Assembly (NCBI GenBank): GCA_963575745.1
Contig: CAUYUJ010000236.1
Span: forward strand, 62,001 to 116,489
From: Prorocentrum cordatum
Taxonomy: Eukaryota
Length of the DNA: 54,489 bases
Reading direction: 5' to 3'
The translations under genes and the position numbers were made by a program. The notes below the pieces were generated by a model. The model did no database searches. It was not told the origin of the DNA and worked only from the letters and a program-made list of their open reading frames with translations. Every line of letters starts with the position of its first letter. Position 1 is the stretch's first letter. This document shows positions 1-14,454 of this stretch, in pieces.

Positions 1-104
1 GGCACCCATGTCTTGGGGGGCGGCGTTCGAACCTGGGGGGGGGGGCGAGCCCCCCCCCCACCCAAAGGGGGGCCAAAGGGGGGTCCCGAACTGGAGGAGG
101 AGGG

Positions 105-105
<1 letters not shown>

Positions 106-159
<54 letters not shown>

Positions 160-680
160 GGTGGCCGTCGTTGCCCGACGGCGCTGGCGCCAGCGCCAGG
201 TGGGGGGGGGGCCTCCCAGTGGAACCCCCCGTCCTGCAACCCAGGGGGGGCCGTTGTGCGCGTCGTCGTCGCCGTCCTCCTCCTCCTCCTCCTCCTCCTC
301 CTCCTCCTCCCCTCCTCCTCCTCCTCCTCCTCCTCCTCCTCCTCCTCCTCCTCTTTATCCTCCTCCTCCTCCTCCTCCGCCTCCGCCTCCGCCTCCTCCT
401 CCTCCTCCCCCTCCTCCGCCACCTCCTCCTCCTCCTCGTTATCCCCCCCCTCCCCTTCTCCTCCTCTTCCTCCTCTTCCTCCTCCTCCTCCGTATGTTCC
501 TCCTCTTCCTCCTCCTCGCCTCCTCCTCCTCCTCTCCCCCTCCTCCCCCTCCTCCTCCTCCCTCCTCCTCCTCCTCCTCCTCCTCCTCCCCCCTCCTCCC
601 TCCTCCTCCTCCTCTCTTCCTCCTCCTCCTCCTTTTCCTCCTCCTCCTCCTCCTCCTCTATCTCCTTCTTCTTCTTCCTT
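106..680. repeat. (CGT)n and (CCT)n microsatellite tract
   Basis: Directly visible triplet runs; they generate the poly-V/S/P/L ORFs in the track. Confidence 0.95.
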
Positions 681-799
681 CGCCGATTGAAACCTGAAGC
701 TGCGCTGGTGATACATGCATGACAAGAGCAAGCAAGCAAGCAGGGGCGAGCGGCCTGTCCTCACCCAGCTTGCTGAACATCGGGGGCGACATTGCCCCT

Positions 800-830
<31 letters not shown>

Positions 831-2335
831 CCCAGCGAGCACTGCGGCGCGGACCAAACGGCGCCTGAAATTTACGCACAACATCGTCTATTCCCAAGAG
901 GGCCTTCTTTTCTGGAAGCTTCCAAATCGAGAGCGCATGGGCACATTCGGGCTCGGCGGGGCGCACAGCAATAGAGGCCGCCCCCACCGCGCAACAAATG
1001 CAAGACGCCTGCAACATTGTCTGTAACAAGCGCTTGCCTAACATCACCTCCCTCCACTTCGGGGGGCCTACGCGCAGCGCCTCCTAGATGCTGCGCAGAA
1101 CGCATAACGCGGGGCTTAGAACTTCTGCGCGGGGGGGGGGGGGGGGATAGGCGCGGGCTTCGCTCCACGTTTGTCACGGCGGCCCTCCAATCCCCCCCAA
1201 AACCTGTCTAGTCCAGAGCACGAAAAAGGAACGCACTAACATAACTCTGCTTCGTTAGGTCCCCAGCCTCTGGATCATTGGCGAAGTCGACTGACAACAT
1301 CACGACTTGCCAGGATGTGCTCCTCTGGAGCGCCTCGAAATACATGTGCACGTCACCTTCGCGCCTCTGCCCGCGAAACAAATGCAGAAACTATTTGGTG
1401 GCTGTAGGAGTTCGAGGGGAGCTGGCTGCGCCAGCATTGCCGCCAGGCGCCAACTCCTGCGAAGAGTTCCTAGAGATGGTACTTGCCGGTTTGGAAACAT
1501 GTTGCAGTTCCCGCGGGGCGCAGGCATTAGACGATTCGAACTCGCTTCTCGGTCTCTCGACCTAGGTCTGATCTAAGTCTGGCGACCGTGCCTGAGCTTC
1601 TCATGAAATGTGAACCGCTCCGCTCGCGGCCCTCAAACAGGTCGTTGGCCCGGCTAGTCGCGGGAACAGCATCCACCCCAGGGCCATCATGTCTCTCAAT
1701 TCCTACAACCGACGCTCGTACAACTGCCTGTGGCATCACCCCACCAAGAGTCGGACCCACAATTCGTTCGGGTGGTGCATATGCAGACACCTGCGCGCCA
1801 TCTCGAGAGCGCGCGCTCGTGGCAACTTTGGAAACTTCCTCGCGCAGCGCCACAATATCAGGCACGCTGAGGGGCTGCAAACAGTGCGTGAGCAAGGGTA
1901 GACACTTGCGATATCCAAACCTCAAGTGCCTCAGCAAACGCCCTCGCGTGCGCCAGTTGTACCCGCAAGCTTGGCAGCACGAGCCGACGGCAACTGATCC
2001 AGCAACATCAAATTGCGGGTGAGCGAGAGTCCGAGGACGCGACCAAGCCACTTGACTATCAAAAACTTGGTCGCGATCGCGGCACGGGAAAACGAGTTCG
2101 GCTCTGGGAAGCCTGGTGGCTGGTGGCACGGGCAAGCCCCCCTTTTTTCGCAGATCTTTTTGAGCTCGGACCTCTACACTGCTACTTCGGCTAACGCAAC
2201 ATGCTGCGCCAGTGCCCTTCTTTCGGTTTCCATGCACCAAGAGATCCATTGTTTCCATCATGCCTGGCCACCTAGAACCTCCACGCGAGCACACCTACGG
2301 GGCTCCACTCCTGGCGGACCGTCACGCGGTCCTGC
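680..2335 (-). mobile_element. 5'-truncated, decayed non-LTR retrotransposon 3' region (Zn fingers + DNMT-like domain)
   Basis: Minus strand FPCRDRDQVFDSQVAWSRPRTLAH and CQACGYNWRTRGRLLRHLRFGYRKC (C2H2-like fingers, ~2090-1900), followed by methyltransferase-like motifs. Flanked on both sides by (CCT)n. No RT is retained, so the LINE identity is inferred from domain order. Confidence 0.65.
850..1390 (-). pseudogene. Retrotransposon-type C5 cytosine methyltransferase-like domain, disrupted
   Basis: Manual translation across frameshifts and stops: LHLFRGQRREGD (1387-1352, motif I-like), VVMLSVDFANDPEAGDL, GGIGGPP*QTWSEAR (motif IV, Cys codon now TGA at 1176-1174), PRVMRSAQH, EVMLGKRLL, PAEP..SIWKLPE, QAPFG. 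Confidence 0.7.
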
Positions 2336-2350
2336 ATCCTCCTCCTCCTC

Positions 2351-2381
<31 letters not shown>

Positions 2382-2425
2382 ATCCTACGCTGTTCCTCCT
2401 CCTCCTCCTCCTCCTCCTCCTCGTC

Positions 2426-2456
<31 letters not shown>

Positions 2457-2465
2457 CTCCTCCTC
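2336..2465. repeat. (CCT)n/(CCTCGT)n microsatellite
   Basis: Directly visible. Confidence 0.9.
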
Positions 2466-2574
2466 CTTATCCGGCTTCTTTGGCCCCTGCGACAAGCAGC
2501 GATGGCGACGGCGATGGCGACGGGCCAGCAAATGCGATGTACACGCTGCGGCGGGAAAAGACAGGGGGGGAACA

Positions 2575-2990
2575 TGTATCGCAACCGCCAGGGGACGCCG
2601 CTCGGGCGGGCGAGAAGGAGAATTCACGATTCATTCAATGGTGGAGCGTTCAATCGGGCGGGCGGGGACGACATCAAGTGCAACTTCCACTCAATGATGG
2701 GAGAATCTTGGGTTTGGAACAGACATCGCAACCACCAGGGGCGCCGTTCGGGCGGGCGGGGCGGTGCATGTACGACCCACTCAGTGGTGGAGCGGTCAAT
2801 CGGGCGGTGGGGCGGGGCATCAAATGCAACCTCCATTCAACGGTGTGAAGATAGGAGGACCATGCGTCGCAACCACCATGGGACGCTGTTCGGGCGGGAG
2901 GGACGCTAAACATACGACTCACTCAGCGATGGAGCGTTCAATCGGACGGGTGGACGAAACTTTAAATGCAACCTTCACACAATGATGGGA
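2575..2990. repeat. Diverged ~145-bp tandem repeat, 3 copies (dispersed relative at ~6535-6650)
   Basis: CGCAACC anchor at 2580, 2727 and 2868, each followed by ..TCGGGCGGG..TGGAGCG(T/G)TCAATCGG..TGCAAC. Confidence 0.8.
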
Positions 2991-3332
2991 ACAGGTGGAG
3001 GACAACAAATCACAACCTGGTTCGGGGTTGAACCACTCCCCTGCGAAAATCATCAAATCACCCTTGCGTGGTTGTGTGTTGTTTTTCCTTTACCCGTTTT
3101 GTCTTTCCCCGTGTTTGTTTTTCCTAACGCTCTTCATTTTCAACGTGCGCGAGCCTCGCTGTGCGAATCTTTCTGGATGGCCGCGTGGTGAGGAACTCGG
3201 TGCAGCGAGCCTCGGTGACTCGGGTACGTGACCACGTGGGGCGGGGGCGGGACCTCCCGCCCCTCCCCTGCTGCTGGCGCCTGGGGGGGGGGGGGGGGGG
3301 GGGAGGAGAACATGTGTGTTTATGTTTGGCGT

Positions 3333-3374
<42 letters not shown>

Positions 3375-3394
3375 CAGGCGCCAGCTGCTGCAAA

Positions 3395-3575
3395 GGATTG
3401 CAATCGCAGCGCATTGCAATCGCATTGAAATGCGTTGCGACCGCATTTGGGTTCCAATTGTATTGCGTTGCGTTGCGTTGCCGTGGCATTGCATTGCATT
3501 GCAATCGCATTGCAGCGCCAGAGCATTGCAACGAACTGGGTTGGCATTGCAGTGCAGTCGCATTGCGTCGCAATC
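3395..3575. repeat. Degenerate (TTGCA/TTGCG)n pentamer repeat
   Basis: Directly visible. Confidence 0.85.
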
Positions 3576-3599
3576 GTATCCTGGCACACGGGTGGTGCT

Positions 3600-5930
<2,331 letters not shown>

Positions 5931-5944
5931 GGTAGCAATATTGG

Positions 5945-6410
5945 GGCTGACGTTCAGGCTACACTTTGGCTGAAGGTTAGGTTGAGGCCGAGGTTTGGGC
6001 TAGGCTTAGGCTTAGGCTTAGGCTTGGGCTGAGGTTTCTGTCAGGCTGAAACTGAAGTCTCGACTGATGCTGGGACTTAGGCTAGGTCGCGGCTTACGCC
6101 GAAGCTTAGGCTGAGTCTTGGGCGAGGTTCAAGATAGGCTGAAGCTTAGGCTGCGCTTGGGGTAAGCTACGCTGAGGCGTAGGGTCGGCCCAGGCCGAAA
6201 CTTAGGCTAGGCAGGGGAGGGTGCTTAGGCGTAGGCCGATGCCAGGGCCAGGCTTAGGTAATGCTCAGGCTGAAGCGCTGGCTGAGGCTGAGGGTTAGGC
6301 TTACGCCAGGCTTAGGCCAAGCTGAAGCAGAGGCTGAGGCTAGGCCGAGGCTGGGGCTGAGGCTTAGGCGTAAACGCGGCTTAAGGTTATTTTAGGCTGG
6401 AGCGTAAGCT
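5945..6410. repeat. Degenerate hexamer satellite (TTAGGC/TGAGGC)n
   Basis: For example GGCTTAGGCTTAGGCTTAGGCTTGGGCTGAGG; the 6-bp periodicity persists for ~460 bp. Confidence 0.85.
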
Positions 6411-7055
6411 CGTTTTTTTGGGGGGGTTGGAAACAGCCCGCGCATCAACCAGCCAGTATCCGGCACGAACCACCAAAAGGACGACAACAAAAACAAATAG
6501 TGAAAATCGAATGGGGGCGATTCGCCCCCTGACCCCAACCCAACCACCGTGGGCGCCGATCGGGCGGGCGGGACATTAAATCTACGATTCGCTCAATGAT
6601 AAAGCGTTCACTCAGGCAGGCGAGCGGGATATTAGAAAATACACGACCATCACCACAATCACCATCGCCATCAGCATCGTCGTCGTCGCCGCCGCCGCCG
6701 ACGACGACGACGACCGCCGCCGCCGTCGCCACCGCCGCCCCCCCTTGCATTCGGCTGAGGGGGGAGGCCCCCCCCCCCGGCCCGAATTCCCGCGCCCCGG
6801 GCCAGGGCGGGGAGCGCTCCGATCCCAATTCTGCACCCCACTTCGAAGCCCCCACCCGCCCCTCCCCGGGCGCGGCCCCCCGCCCCCCGCCCCCCGATGC
6901 GACCCCCCCACGCTGCAACTCTAAACCCCCCTCCCCCAGGTTCGACCCGCCTTCCTTGAGAGGAGGGCCCAAACCTGGTTCGACCCACCCCCCTTGCATC
7001 TCGGCCCGCTCCCCGCCCGACCCCCCGCCCCTTCCGAGCGCCCGCCGAAAGCGCT

Positions 7056-7175
7056 TATATATATACACACATATATATATATATATACATACATACATAC
7101 ATACATACATACATACATACATACATACACATTATATACGCACTTATATACAGACATATATATATGTATATATAC
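7056..7175. repeat. (TA)n/(TACA)n microsatellite
   Basis: Directly visible. Confidence 0.9.
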
Positions 7176-8034
7176 ACGTGCACAAATATAACGCACCGGA
7201 TTGATTTCAAATTATTTTCCGCCCCGCGCGATTATTCCGGCAGCCCATTGAGAGACCCCAGCCTGGAGAGCCGACGGGATAAAGGACGAAGAGACGCATC
7301 AAGCGAAACAAAGCGAGTAACAGGGGTGAACGCAAATATTTCGGGGAGCAAGGGGGCGGCCTTGGAAAGCCTCCTCGGGCCGCGCCCAGGGGCCGCGCGG
7401 GGGCGAAGGCGCGGCGAGGGGGGGGGGATGGCGGCGACGACGACGACCGCGACGACCAGAAGGAGGAGGGGCATGAACAGGAAGACGACCAGGGCAATGA
7501 CGAGAACGAGGAGGAGGAGAAAAAGGCCAATGGCGACGAGGACCCGCGGAGCCATCCGATGCGGAGATGGATTAGGGCGAAGAGGAAGACGACGAGGGCG
7601 CGGGGCGCGAGGACGACGCGGACGATAACGAGGACGACGACAAAACCGAGGGCGAGGAAGAGGCCCCCTGCCCTGCTGAAAGCCGCGAAGATGCCCGTTA
7701 TTCCCGATGCCCACCACCACGGCCCTCGACGCATCCCTGGACCGCTCGAGGCCCTTCTCGTTTCTCTGGTTGCGCGACCTTTTCGGCTGGTTGCTTTGCT
7801 CCTCCGCGTCGATGATCGCCTTCGCCACCCGGAGTTGCCCCATGGGCTGAGCAGTCCACGCTAGGCCCTTTGCGCGCTGCTTCTGGTCACGGCTCACTCT
7901 TTCTTGTGTGATGTACTTCTCCCCGCCATGGCGAGGCTTCTCCTCGTCGCTCCACTCGGACCGCTCGGCGAGCCGAAAGGCCAGGGCCAATTCGCTGTTG
8001 ACGCACACACTTTTCCACTGGCTTCCTCTTCCTC

Positions 8035-8130
8035 TGGGGGTCCCAGAAGGCCTCGGGAGGCCCCAGGAAGTCCCAGGAGGCCCCATGAGGCCCCAGGAGG
8101 CCCCAGAAGACCCCAGGAGGTCCCAGGGGG
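8035..8130. repeat. Decamer tandem repeat (CCCAGGAGGC)n, ~9 copies
   Basis: 10-bp periodicity: tcccagaagg cctcgggagg ccccaggaag tcccaggagg... Confidence 0.8.
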
Positions 8131-8929
8131 CTGTGTCTGGCATGTGGTTCTGGTCGCTGGCACGGGAGGGGGGGTGAGACGGAACGATTGGGGGAGAATG
8201 GCTGGGGGGGGGACATCGACCTGGAATCGGCGATACATTGCCGAGATCGGCTGTAGGAACCGATATCAAATCTCAATGTCTGGGCGTGGTGGAATATCAG
8301 GCCCCTGCCAGCGATGAGTGAGAAATTGGGGGCCGATGCAGATGGAGACTTGAGGTTGGCCCCCCTCACCGTTGCTCCTGATGCAGACGGAGATCTCGTG
8401 TTGCCCCCCATCCTCAAGGAAGACGACGACAGGAAGAGGGCAGAACTGGATCGAGACAAATCGAGGATCTCTGCGAGCCGGCTGATCTGGACCATGTCGG
8501 GCGCCCCGGCCGTTCCCGGGCAATCTGGAACGCTCTGACAGCGCTGTCGAAGGCCCTGGGAAGGTCCACCTTCTTCCCTGACCAACCGGCGCTGTAGTGA
8601 CTTCCCGAGTCAGGCCCCCGACGTCTCGAGCCCCATCCCAACGATTGTCTTCCCCAAAACGAATGCCCTGGAGACCTCTGAGAGGGCCTCCGAGTCAGGA
8701 GAGCTCTTGTGGACCCCCCCCCGCCCTCTCGACAAAACCGCCCCCCTCTGAGCGGGCAACCCTTAGGTCGGGCACGTTCTCCTACAGGCGGATATTGGAC
8801 GAAACATCCCAAAAACCGGCTTAAATACTCCAAGCAATTCCAACAATAATGCAAGTATCCGGGCGAAGGACCCAACCATATGCATTTGTGCAGACCGCAA
8901 GCGTGAATATCTTCTTCGGTAGCGATCCC

Positions 8930-11370
8930 TAAGGGACCACGAAACGCATGAGGGCTATGCCGGGGCCTTCGGTGGAGTCTCTTTGTGGGGCCACGAGACG
9001 CGCAACGGGTGTGCCGACATTGGTTCTGTGGGCGCATTGGAACGCAGCCACACGGGCCTTCGGTGAAGCTTCCTGTGGGGCCACGAACGTGTGAGGGGTG
9101 TGCCGAAATGGGTGCGGTGGGCGCAAGAGAACGCATTCATTTGGCCTTCGGTGGAGCTCCATGTGGGGCCACGAAACGTGTGAGGGGTGTGCCGATATGG
9201 GTGCGGTGGGCGCGTGCGAACGCAGCCACAGGGGCCTTCGGTGGGGCTCCCTATGGGGCCACGAAGCGTGTGAGGGGTGTGCCGAAATGAGTACGGTGGG
9301 CGCATGCGAACGCAACCACAGGGGCCTTCGGTGGGGCTCCCTGTGAGGCCACGAAATGTGTGAGTGGTGTGCCGACATGGGCGTGGTGGGCGCATGCGAA
9401 CGCAGCGGTTGGGGCCTTCGGAGGAGTTCCCTGTGGGCCACGAAACGTGTGAGGGGTGTGCCAGCATGGGCGCGGTGGGCGCATGCGAACGCAGCCACTG
9501 GAGCCTTCGGTGAAGCTCCCTATGGGGCCGCGAAACGTGTGAGGGGTGTACTGGAATGGGTGCGGTGGGCGCATGCGAACGCAGCCATTGTGGCCTTCGG
9601 TGGAGCTGTTTGTGGGGCCACGAAACGTGTGAAGGGTGTACCGATATGGGTGCGGTGGGCGCATGCGAACGCCGCCACAGGGGCTTTCGGTGGGGCTCCC
9701 CGTGTGGGGCCACGAAACGTGTGAGGGGTAGGCCGACATGGCTGTGGTGGGCGCATGCGAACGCAACCGTTGGGGCCTTCGGTGGAGTTCCCTGTGGGCC
9801 ACGAAACGTGCGAGGGGTGTGCCAGCATGGGCGCGGTGGCCGCATGCGAACGCACCCACTGGGGCCTTCGGTGAAGCTCCCTATGGGGCCGCGAAGCGTG
9901 TGAGGAGTGTGCCAAAATGGGTGCGGTGGGCGCAAGCGAACGCAGCCATTGTGGCCTTCGGTGGAACTCCTTGTGGGGCCACGAAACGTGTGAGGGGTGT
10001 GCCGAAATGGGTGCGGTGGGCGCATGCGAACGCAGCCATTGTGGCCTTCGGTGGAGCTCCTTGTGGGGCCACGAAACGTGTGAGGGGTGTGCCGGAATGG
10101 GTGCGGTGGGTGCATGCGAACGCAGCCACTGGGGCCGTCGGTGGAGTTCCCTGTGGGGCCACGAAACGTGTGAGGGGTGTGCCGAAATGGGTGCGGTGGG
10201 CGCAAGCGAACGCAGCCACTGGGGCCTTCAGTGGAACCCCGTTTATGGGGCCGCGAAGCGTGTGAGGAACGTAATTACCGATACGGGTGCGGTGGGCGCA
10301 TGCGAACGCAGCCATTGTGGCCTTCGGTGGAGCTCCTTGTGGGGCCACGAAACGTGTGAGGGGTGTGCCGAAATGGGTGCGGTGGGCGCATGCGAACGCA
10401 GCCATTGTGGCCTTCGGTGGAGCTCCTTGTGGGGCCACGAAACGTGTGAGGGGTGTGCCGAAATGGGTGCGGTGGGCGCATGCGAACGCAGCCACATGGG
10501 CCTTCGGTGGGGTTCCCTGTGGGGCCACGAAAAGTGTGAGGGGTGTGCCGAAATGGGTGCGGTGGGCGCAAGCGAACGCAGCCACTGGGGCCTTCAGTGG
10601 AACCCCTTTTATGGGGCCGCGAAGCGTGTGAGGAGCGTAATTACCGATATGGGTGCGGTGGGCGCATGCGAACGCAGCCATTGTGGCCTTCGGTGGAGCT
10701 CCTTGTGGGGCCAAGAAACGTGTGAGTGGTGTACCGATATGGGTGCGGTGGGCGAATGCGAACGCAGCCACAGGGGCCTTCGGTGGAGTTCCCTGGGGGC
10801 CACGAAACGTGTGAGGGGTGTGTCGAAATGGGTGCGGTGGGCGCATGCGAACGCAGCCACAGGGGCCTTCGGTGGGGCTCCCCGTGTGGGGCCATGAAAC
10901 GTGTGAGGGGTGTGCCAAAATGGGTGCGGTGGGCGCATGAGAACGCAGCCACTGGGGCCTTCGGTGAAGCTCCCTATGGGGCCGCGAAGCGCGTGAGGAG
11001 TGTACCGAAATTGGTGCAGTGGGCGCATGCGAACGCAGCCATTGTGGCCTTCGGTGGAGCTCCTTGTGGGGCCACGAAACGTGTGAGTGGTGTACCGAAA
11101 TTGGTGCGGTGGGCGCATGCGAACGCAGCCACAGGGGCCTTCGGTGGGGCTCCCTGTGGGGCCACGAAACGTGAAAGTGGTGTGCCGAAATGAATGGTGT
11201 GGGCGCGTGCGAACGCAGCCATATGGGCCTTCGGTGGGGTTCCCTGTGGGGCTACGAAGCGTGTGAGTGGTGTGCCGACATGGGTGTGGTGGGCGCATGC
11301 GAACGCAGCCATTGGGGCCTTCGGTGGAGTTCCCTGTGGGGCCACGAAACGTGTGAGGGTGTGCCGAAAT
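8930..11370. repeat. 90-bp satellite, ~27 copies, with ~361-366-bp higher-order structure
   Basis: Consensus GGGCCACGAAACGTGTGAGGGGTGTGCCGAAATGGGTGCGGTGGGCGCATGCGAACGCAGCCA..GGCCTTCGGTGGAGCTCC..; period 90 (for example 9961 versus 10051). Confidence 0.97.
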
Positions 11371-11485
11371 GGAGAGGAGACGAGAGGAGAGGAGAGGAGA
11401 GGAGAGGAGAGGAGAGGAGACGAGAGAGGGCGGCGCTCCTGTTGGAGGAGGGAGGAGGAGGGGGAGGAGGAGAGGAGAGGAGGAG
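11371..11485. repeat. (GGAGA)n/(GGA)n purine tract
   Basis: Directly visible. Confidence 0.9.
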
Positions 11486-11505
11486 TAACGCGGGGCACTG
11501 TCTCT

Positions 11506-12140
11506 TCAAAACGAGGACCCACACCACAGGATGGTTGGGAAGAGTCGCCCCCTGAATATATTATGTCGACTATTTGGGGGTTTTCCTCCTGCAGAAGGAC
11601 ACGCCCGACTTAAGACCACCCCCTTCTGCTCGCCGCCCAGCGCCGGCGGCTGGCCGGGCGGCTCGTGCGGGTGGGCCCCCGCGGGCGGCACGCCAAAGGA
11701 CTGCCAGGCCGCCGCCTCCACGCTCGATGCGCCAGGGGCGGGCATGCCCCAGCCGGCGCCCAGGGCCCACGGAGGCATGCCTGTGTGGCCTGCCATGGGC
11801 CCCATGCCCGCCGGAAAGCCTTGGGCGCCCGAATCATCCGGGGTAACTCGGGCCAGGGGCAACTCGGGTTCGGGTTCCCGAGAAACGAGCCCGAGTTTGC
11901 CCTGACCCGAGTTACCCCTGATGAGTCGGGACTCTGAAAGCCTGCCACAAGACCCGGCGGCGGCCCCATGTTGCCAGCAACGCCCGCGCCTGGCGCGACC
12001 GGCCTGGGGCCGTAGGGGAAGTCGGGGGCGGCCAAGACGGGGGCGTCCAAGAGGGTGGGGGTGCAAATCATGGCCGGCGGCATGTGCGCGGCCCAGGGGG
12101 AGGGCCAGGGACGTAGTGAAGTGAAAAGAGGCGCCATGAG
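11506..12140 (-). CDS. Putative Pro/Gly-rich coding segment interrupted by a 122-nt insertion/intron; product unknown
   Basis: ..PVAPGAGVAGNMGPPPGLVAG (upstream frame) joins FPAGMGPMAGHTGMPPWALGAGWGMPAPG.. (another frame) exactly when 11820-11941 is removed. True exon limits are uncertain. Confidence 0.45.
11814..11943. mobile_element. Palindromic MITE / candidate introner with 8-bp direct repeat
   Basis: Imperfect inverted arms of ~45 bp (11828-11872 versus 11886-11930). GAAAGCCT direct repeats at 11814-11821 and 11936-11943. Minus-strand boundaries read AG|GC...AG|GC. Confidence 0.75.
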
Positions 12141-14139
12141 ATCTGGGGAAATATCGTGGCCCACGCCATGATATCCCCCCTCCCTAGTCATCAACCCCCT
12201 GTCTGCCGCCCCCGAGGAAGGCCGAGCCCGAGGGCATGCCGGGCACAAACTCGCGCGCGCCCTTGTCCGCCCACAGGCTGTGGAGGTCCGAGGCGCTCTG
12301 CCCCGCGCCCGCGGCTGCGGCTCCGGCGCCAGCGTCCCACTGCCCGGCCGGCGGTGCGGAGCCGCCGGACCACATTGCTCCCCGGGTCGCACAGCCACGC
12401 GCGGTCCTGCCCGCCGCCAGCCTGGTGGCGTGGAGAACCGCGTGTGGCTTGGTGGAGCCCCCCTCCCTGGTCCAGGAGGGGGCCCCACCAGACCTGGAGC
12501 CAGGACGGATACGGAGGGAGCACGGGGAAGAGGACCCAGAGCAGGCCAGGAATGCACACGCGTTGCGGCAAAGCACCCTCGTTCCTATTTTCCTCCTTCC
12601 CTCCTTCCCTCCTCCCCCCTACTCGTCCATTCTCGCTCCTCCCTGCTCCTCCACACTGTGGGATTCCACACTGCTCTTCATACTGCTGCCCTGGCGGTGC
12701 TCGCCCTCACACACGCTCCCTTTGCGCACCATACCTCGCAGGAACCTGACTCCAGGGGCTCAGAATGTGCAGAAACCTGGCGTTCCTGTGTACGGGTCCA
12801 TGCTCACCAGAGACGCGAGGGAGGCATGGGGAAAGCGCATACGAAAGGAGGATGAGCACGAGAAGAAAGATGAGGATCCCAGAGATGACAACAGCGCCAA
12901 TCTGCAAGCGTCCTGCCAGCTCGAAGTAAAGGCATCCGAGCGGGGACGAGGGGCAGCCTCACCCTCGCAAGGGAGCATGCGGCGGCAAGCCCTTTTACGA
13001 CCTCCCACACAGAACCGTCGACAAGTCATGCAACGGTAGGAAGTCCAGCCTCGCAGCAAGCTACCATGTCTTGCACGGGCTGGATTGCGGCGGGGGCCCT
13101 GAGCAGGGTCGGGCATCCAAGAACCGACCAGCAATAAACCAACGATTGAAAACCAATGTATCTCCCGTTGGGCCCATCCTAGCTTTCGCCCCCCGTGACG
13201 ATCGTGTTCGCCTCATCCTCCTTGTCCTCTTCCCCACCCCGCCACAACAACGATACAGAACATGTTCGCCCCTCTCTGCGTACTGTTTTACACAATGGAT
13301 TTTAGAAAATGGTGTCTCGTATGGTTTTTACTACCGCTTGCTTCTGGTGTTTCACAATGGTTGTCCCTCTGCAGCGTACTCAGGCCATTGATCAGGATCG
13401 GCACTTTGTTCCCGTCGTTCAAGAATGGCGTTCTCGCCAAAGCGCGGGCCACTTTTCTGGACCCGAACCATTTTCATCGTTGTCGGAAACCCTCATGCTC
13501 CCTATTCTGCCTTCCCCTGGTCCTCCTGCTCCTCACGTTTCTGTCCACTGCAACTCCTGCTGGTGATGTTGGTCCTCGTCCGCGTCCTTCCTCATCCTTC
13601 TGACAAGCTGACAAGCTGATGCTCTGAATATCCCACAGACGTGACCATCTGACCATCCCCCCTAGTCCGGTCGGATCAAGGGGGGGGCAGAACAGAAGGA
13701 CAAGCAAAAGATCATCCTCCTCCCAACTGCAAAACAGTCCTCAAGTAGAAAAAGGAACTGGCCCCGCCCCCTGGGCGCCGTCTGCGATCGACAAGCGAGG
13801 CCGGGCCATAGGCTTAATCCGCACCAAGGGGAGGTGCCCTCATCTTCGAATCCTCGTCCATCCTCCACAGATGTAACCCTCCAATGCTATGAGACCCCCT
13901 CCATCCCTGGCCAAGCGTAGTTGTCAAACGAATGGACTGTGCTGTCTAGTGTGAGGCAAGCCGTATTCGTCCTCAATTAGTCCTGGAGTTTGGTCGCTCC
14001 AGCTGGCCGCGCAGTAGGGGGAGGGGCGGATGAACGAATGGTGGATGGAGAAGGGAAGGAAGTCGACGTGGGGAACGTTCCCAAGCCCTGCGAACATGAA
14101 CCGGGCGCGGCACCAATAAGGGGAACGCTTCCTAAGCAG

Positions 14140-14330
14140 CGTTGCTTGGAATTGCTTGGCATGCACTGCTTTGCGTTGCATTGTGTTGCATTGCTTGGCA
14201 TTGCTTTGCATTGCTTGGTGTTGCTTGGCATTGTTTGTCGCTGCTTGGCATTGTTTGCCGTTGCTTGGCATTGTTTTACATTGCTTGGCTTTGCATGGCT
14301 TTGTTTTGCGTCGCCTAGCATTGATTGGCG
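14140..14330. repeat. (TTGCTTGGCA)n decamer repeat
   Basis: Directly visible; a second tract lies at 15063-15260. Confidence 0.85.
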
Positions 14331-14454
14331 CTGCTTGGTCAGAGTGAGGGGGCCGAACGGTCATTCACTGTCCCTGGGTGCGTGGCTGCAGAGGGGATCC
14401 ACAGAGAGGATTCTTGTTGCTGTTTTGTTACTTTGTTTTATTGCGTCGTCCCCC

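Noticed and set aside
1440..1475. ELFAGVG peptide as DNMT motif I
   Set aside because: It is preceded by stops. LHLFRGQRREGD, slightly downstream on the minus strand, has the correct spacing to the later motifs, so this match is probably incidental.
7200..8930. Possible exons (LAERSEWSDEEK.. on the minus strand; a duplicated DADGDL peptide on the plus strand)
   Set aside because: They are short, have no recognisable domain, lie on conflicting strands, and have no supportable splice structure.
8929..11613. Long His/Pro- or Cys/Gly-rich ORFs (up to 416 aa)
   Set aside because: They are by-products of a 90-bp satellite and are open in several frames on both strands.
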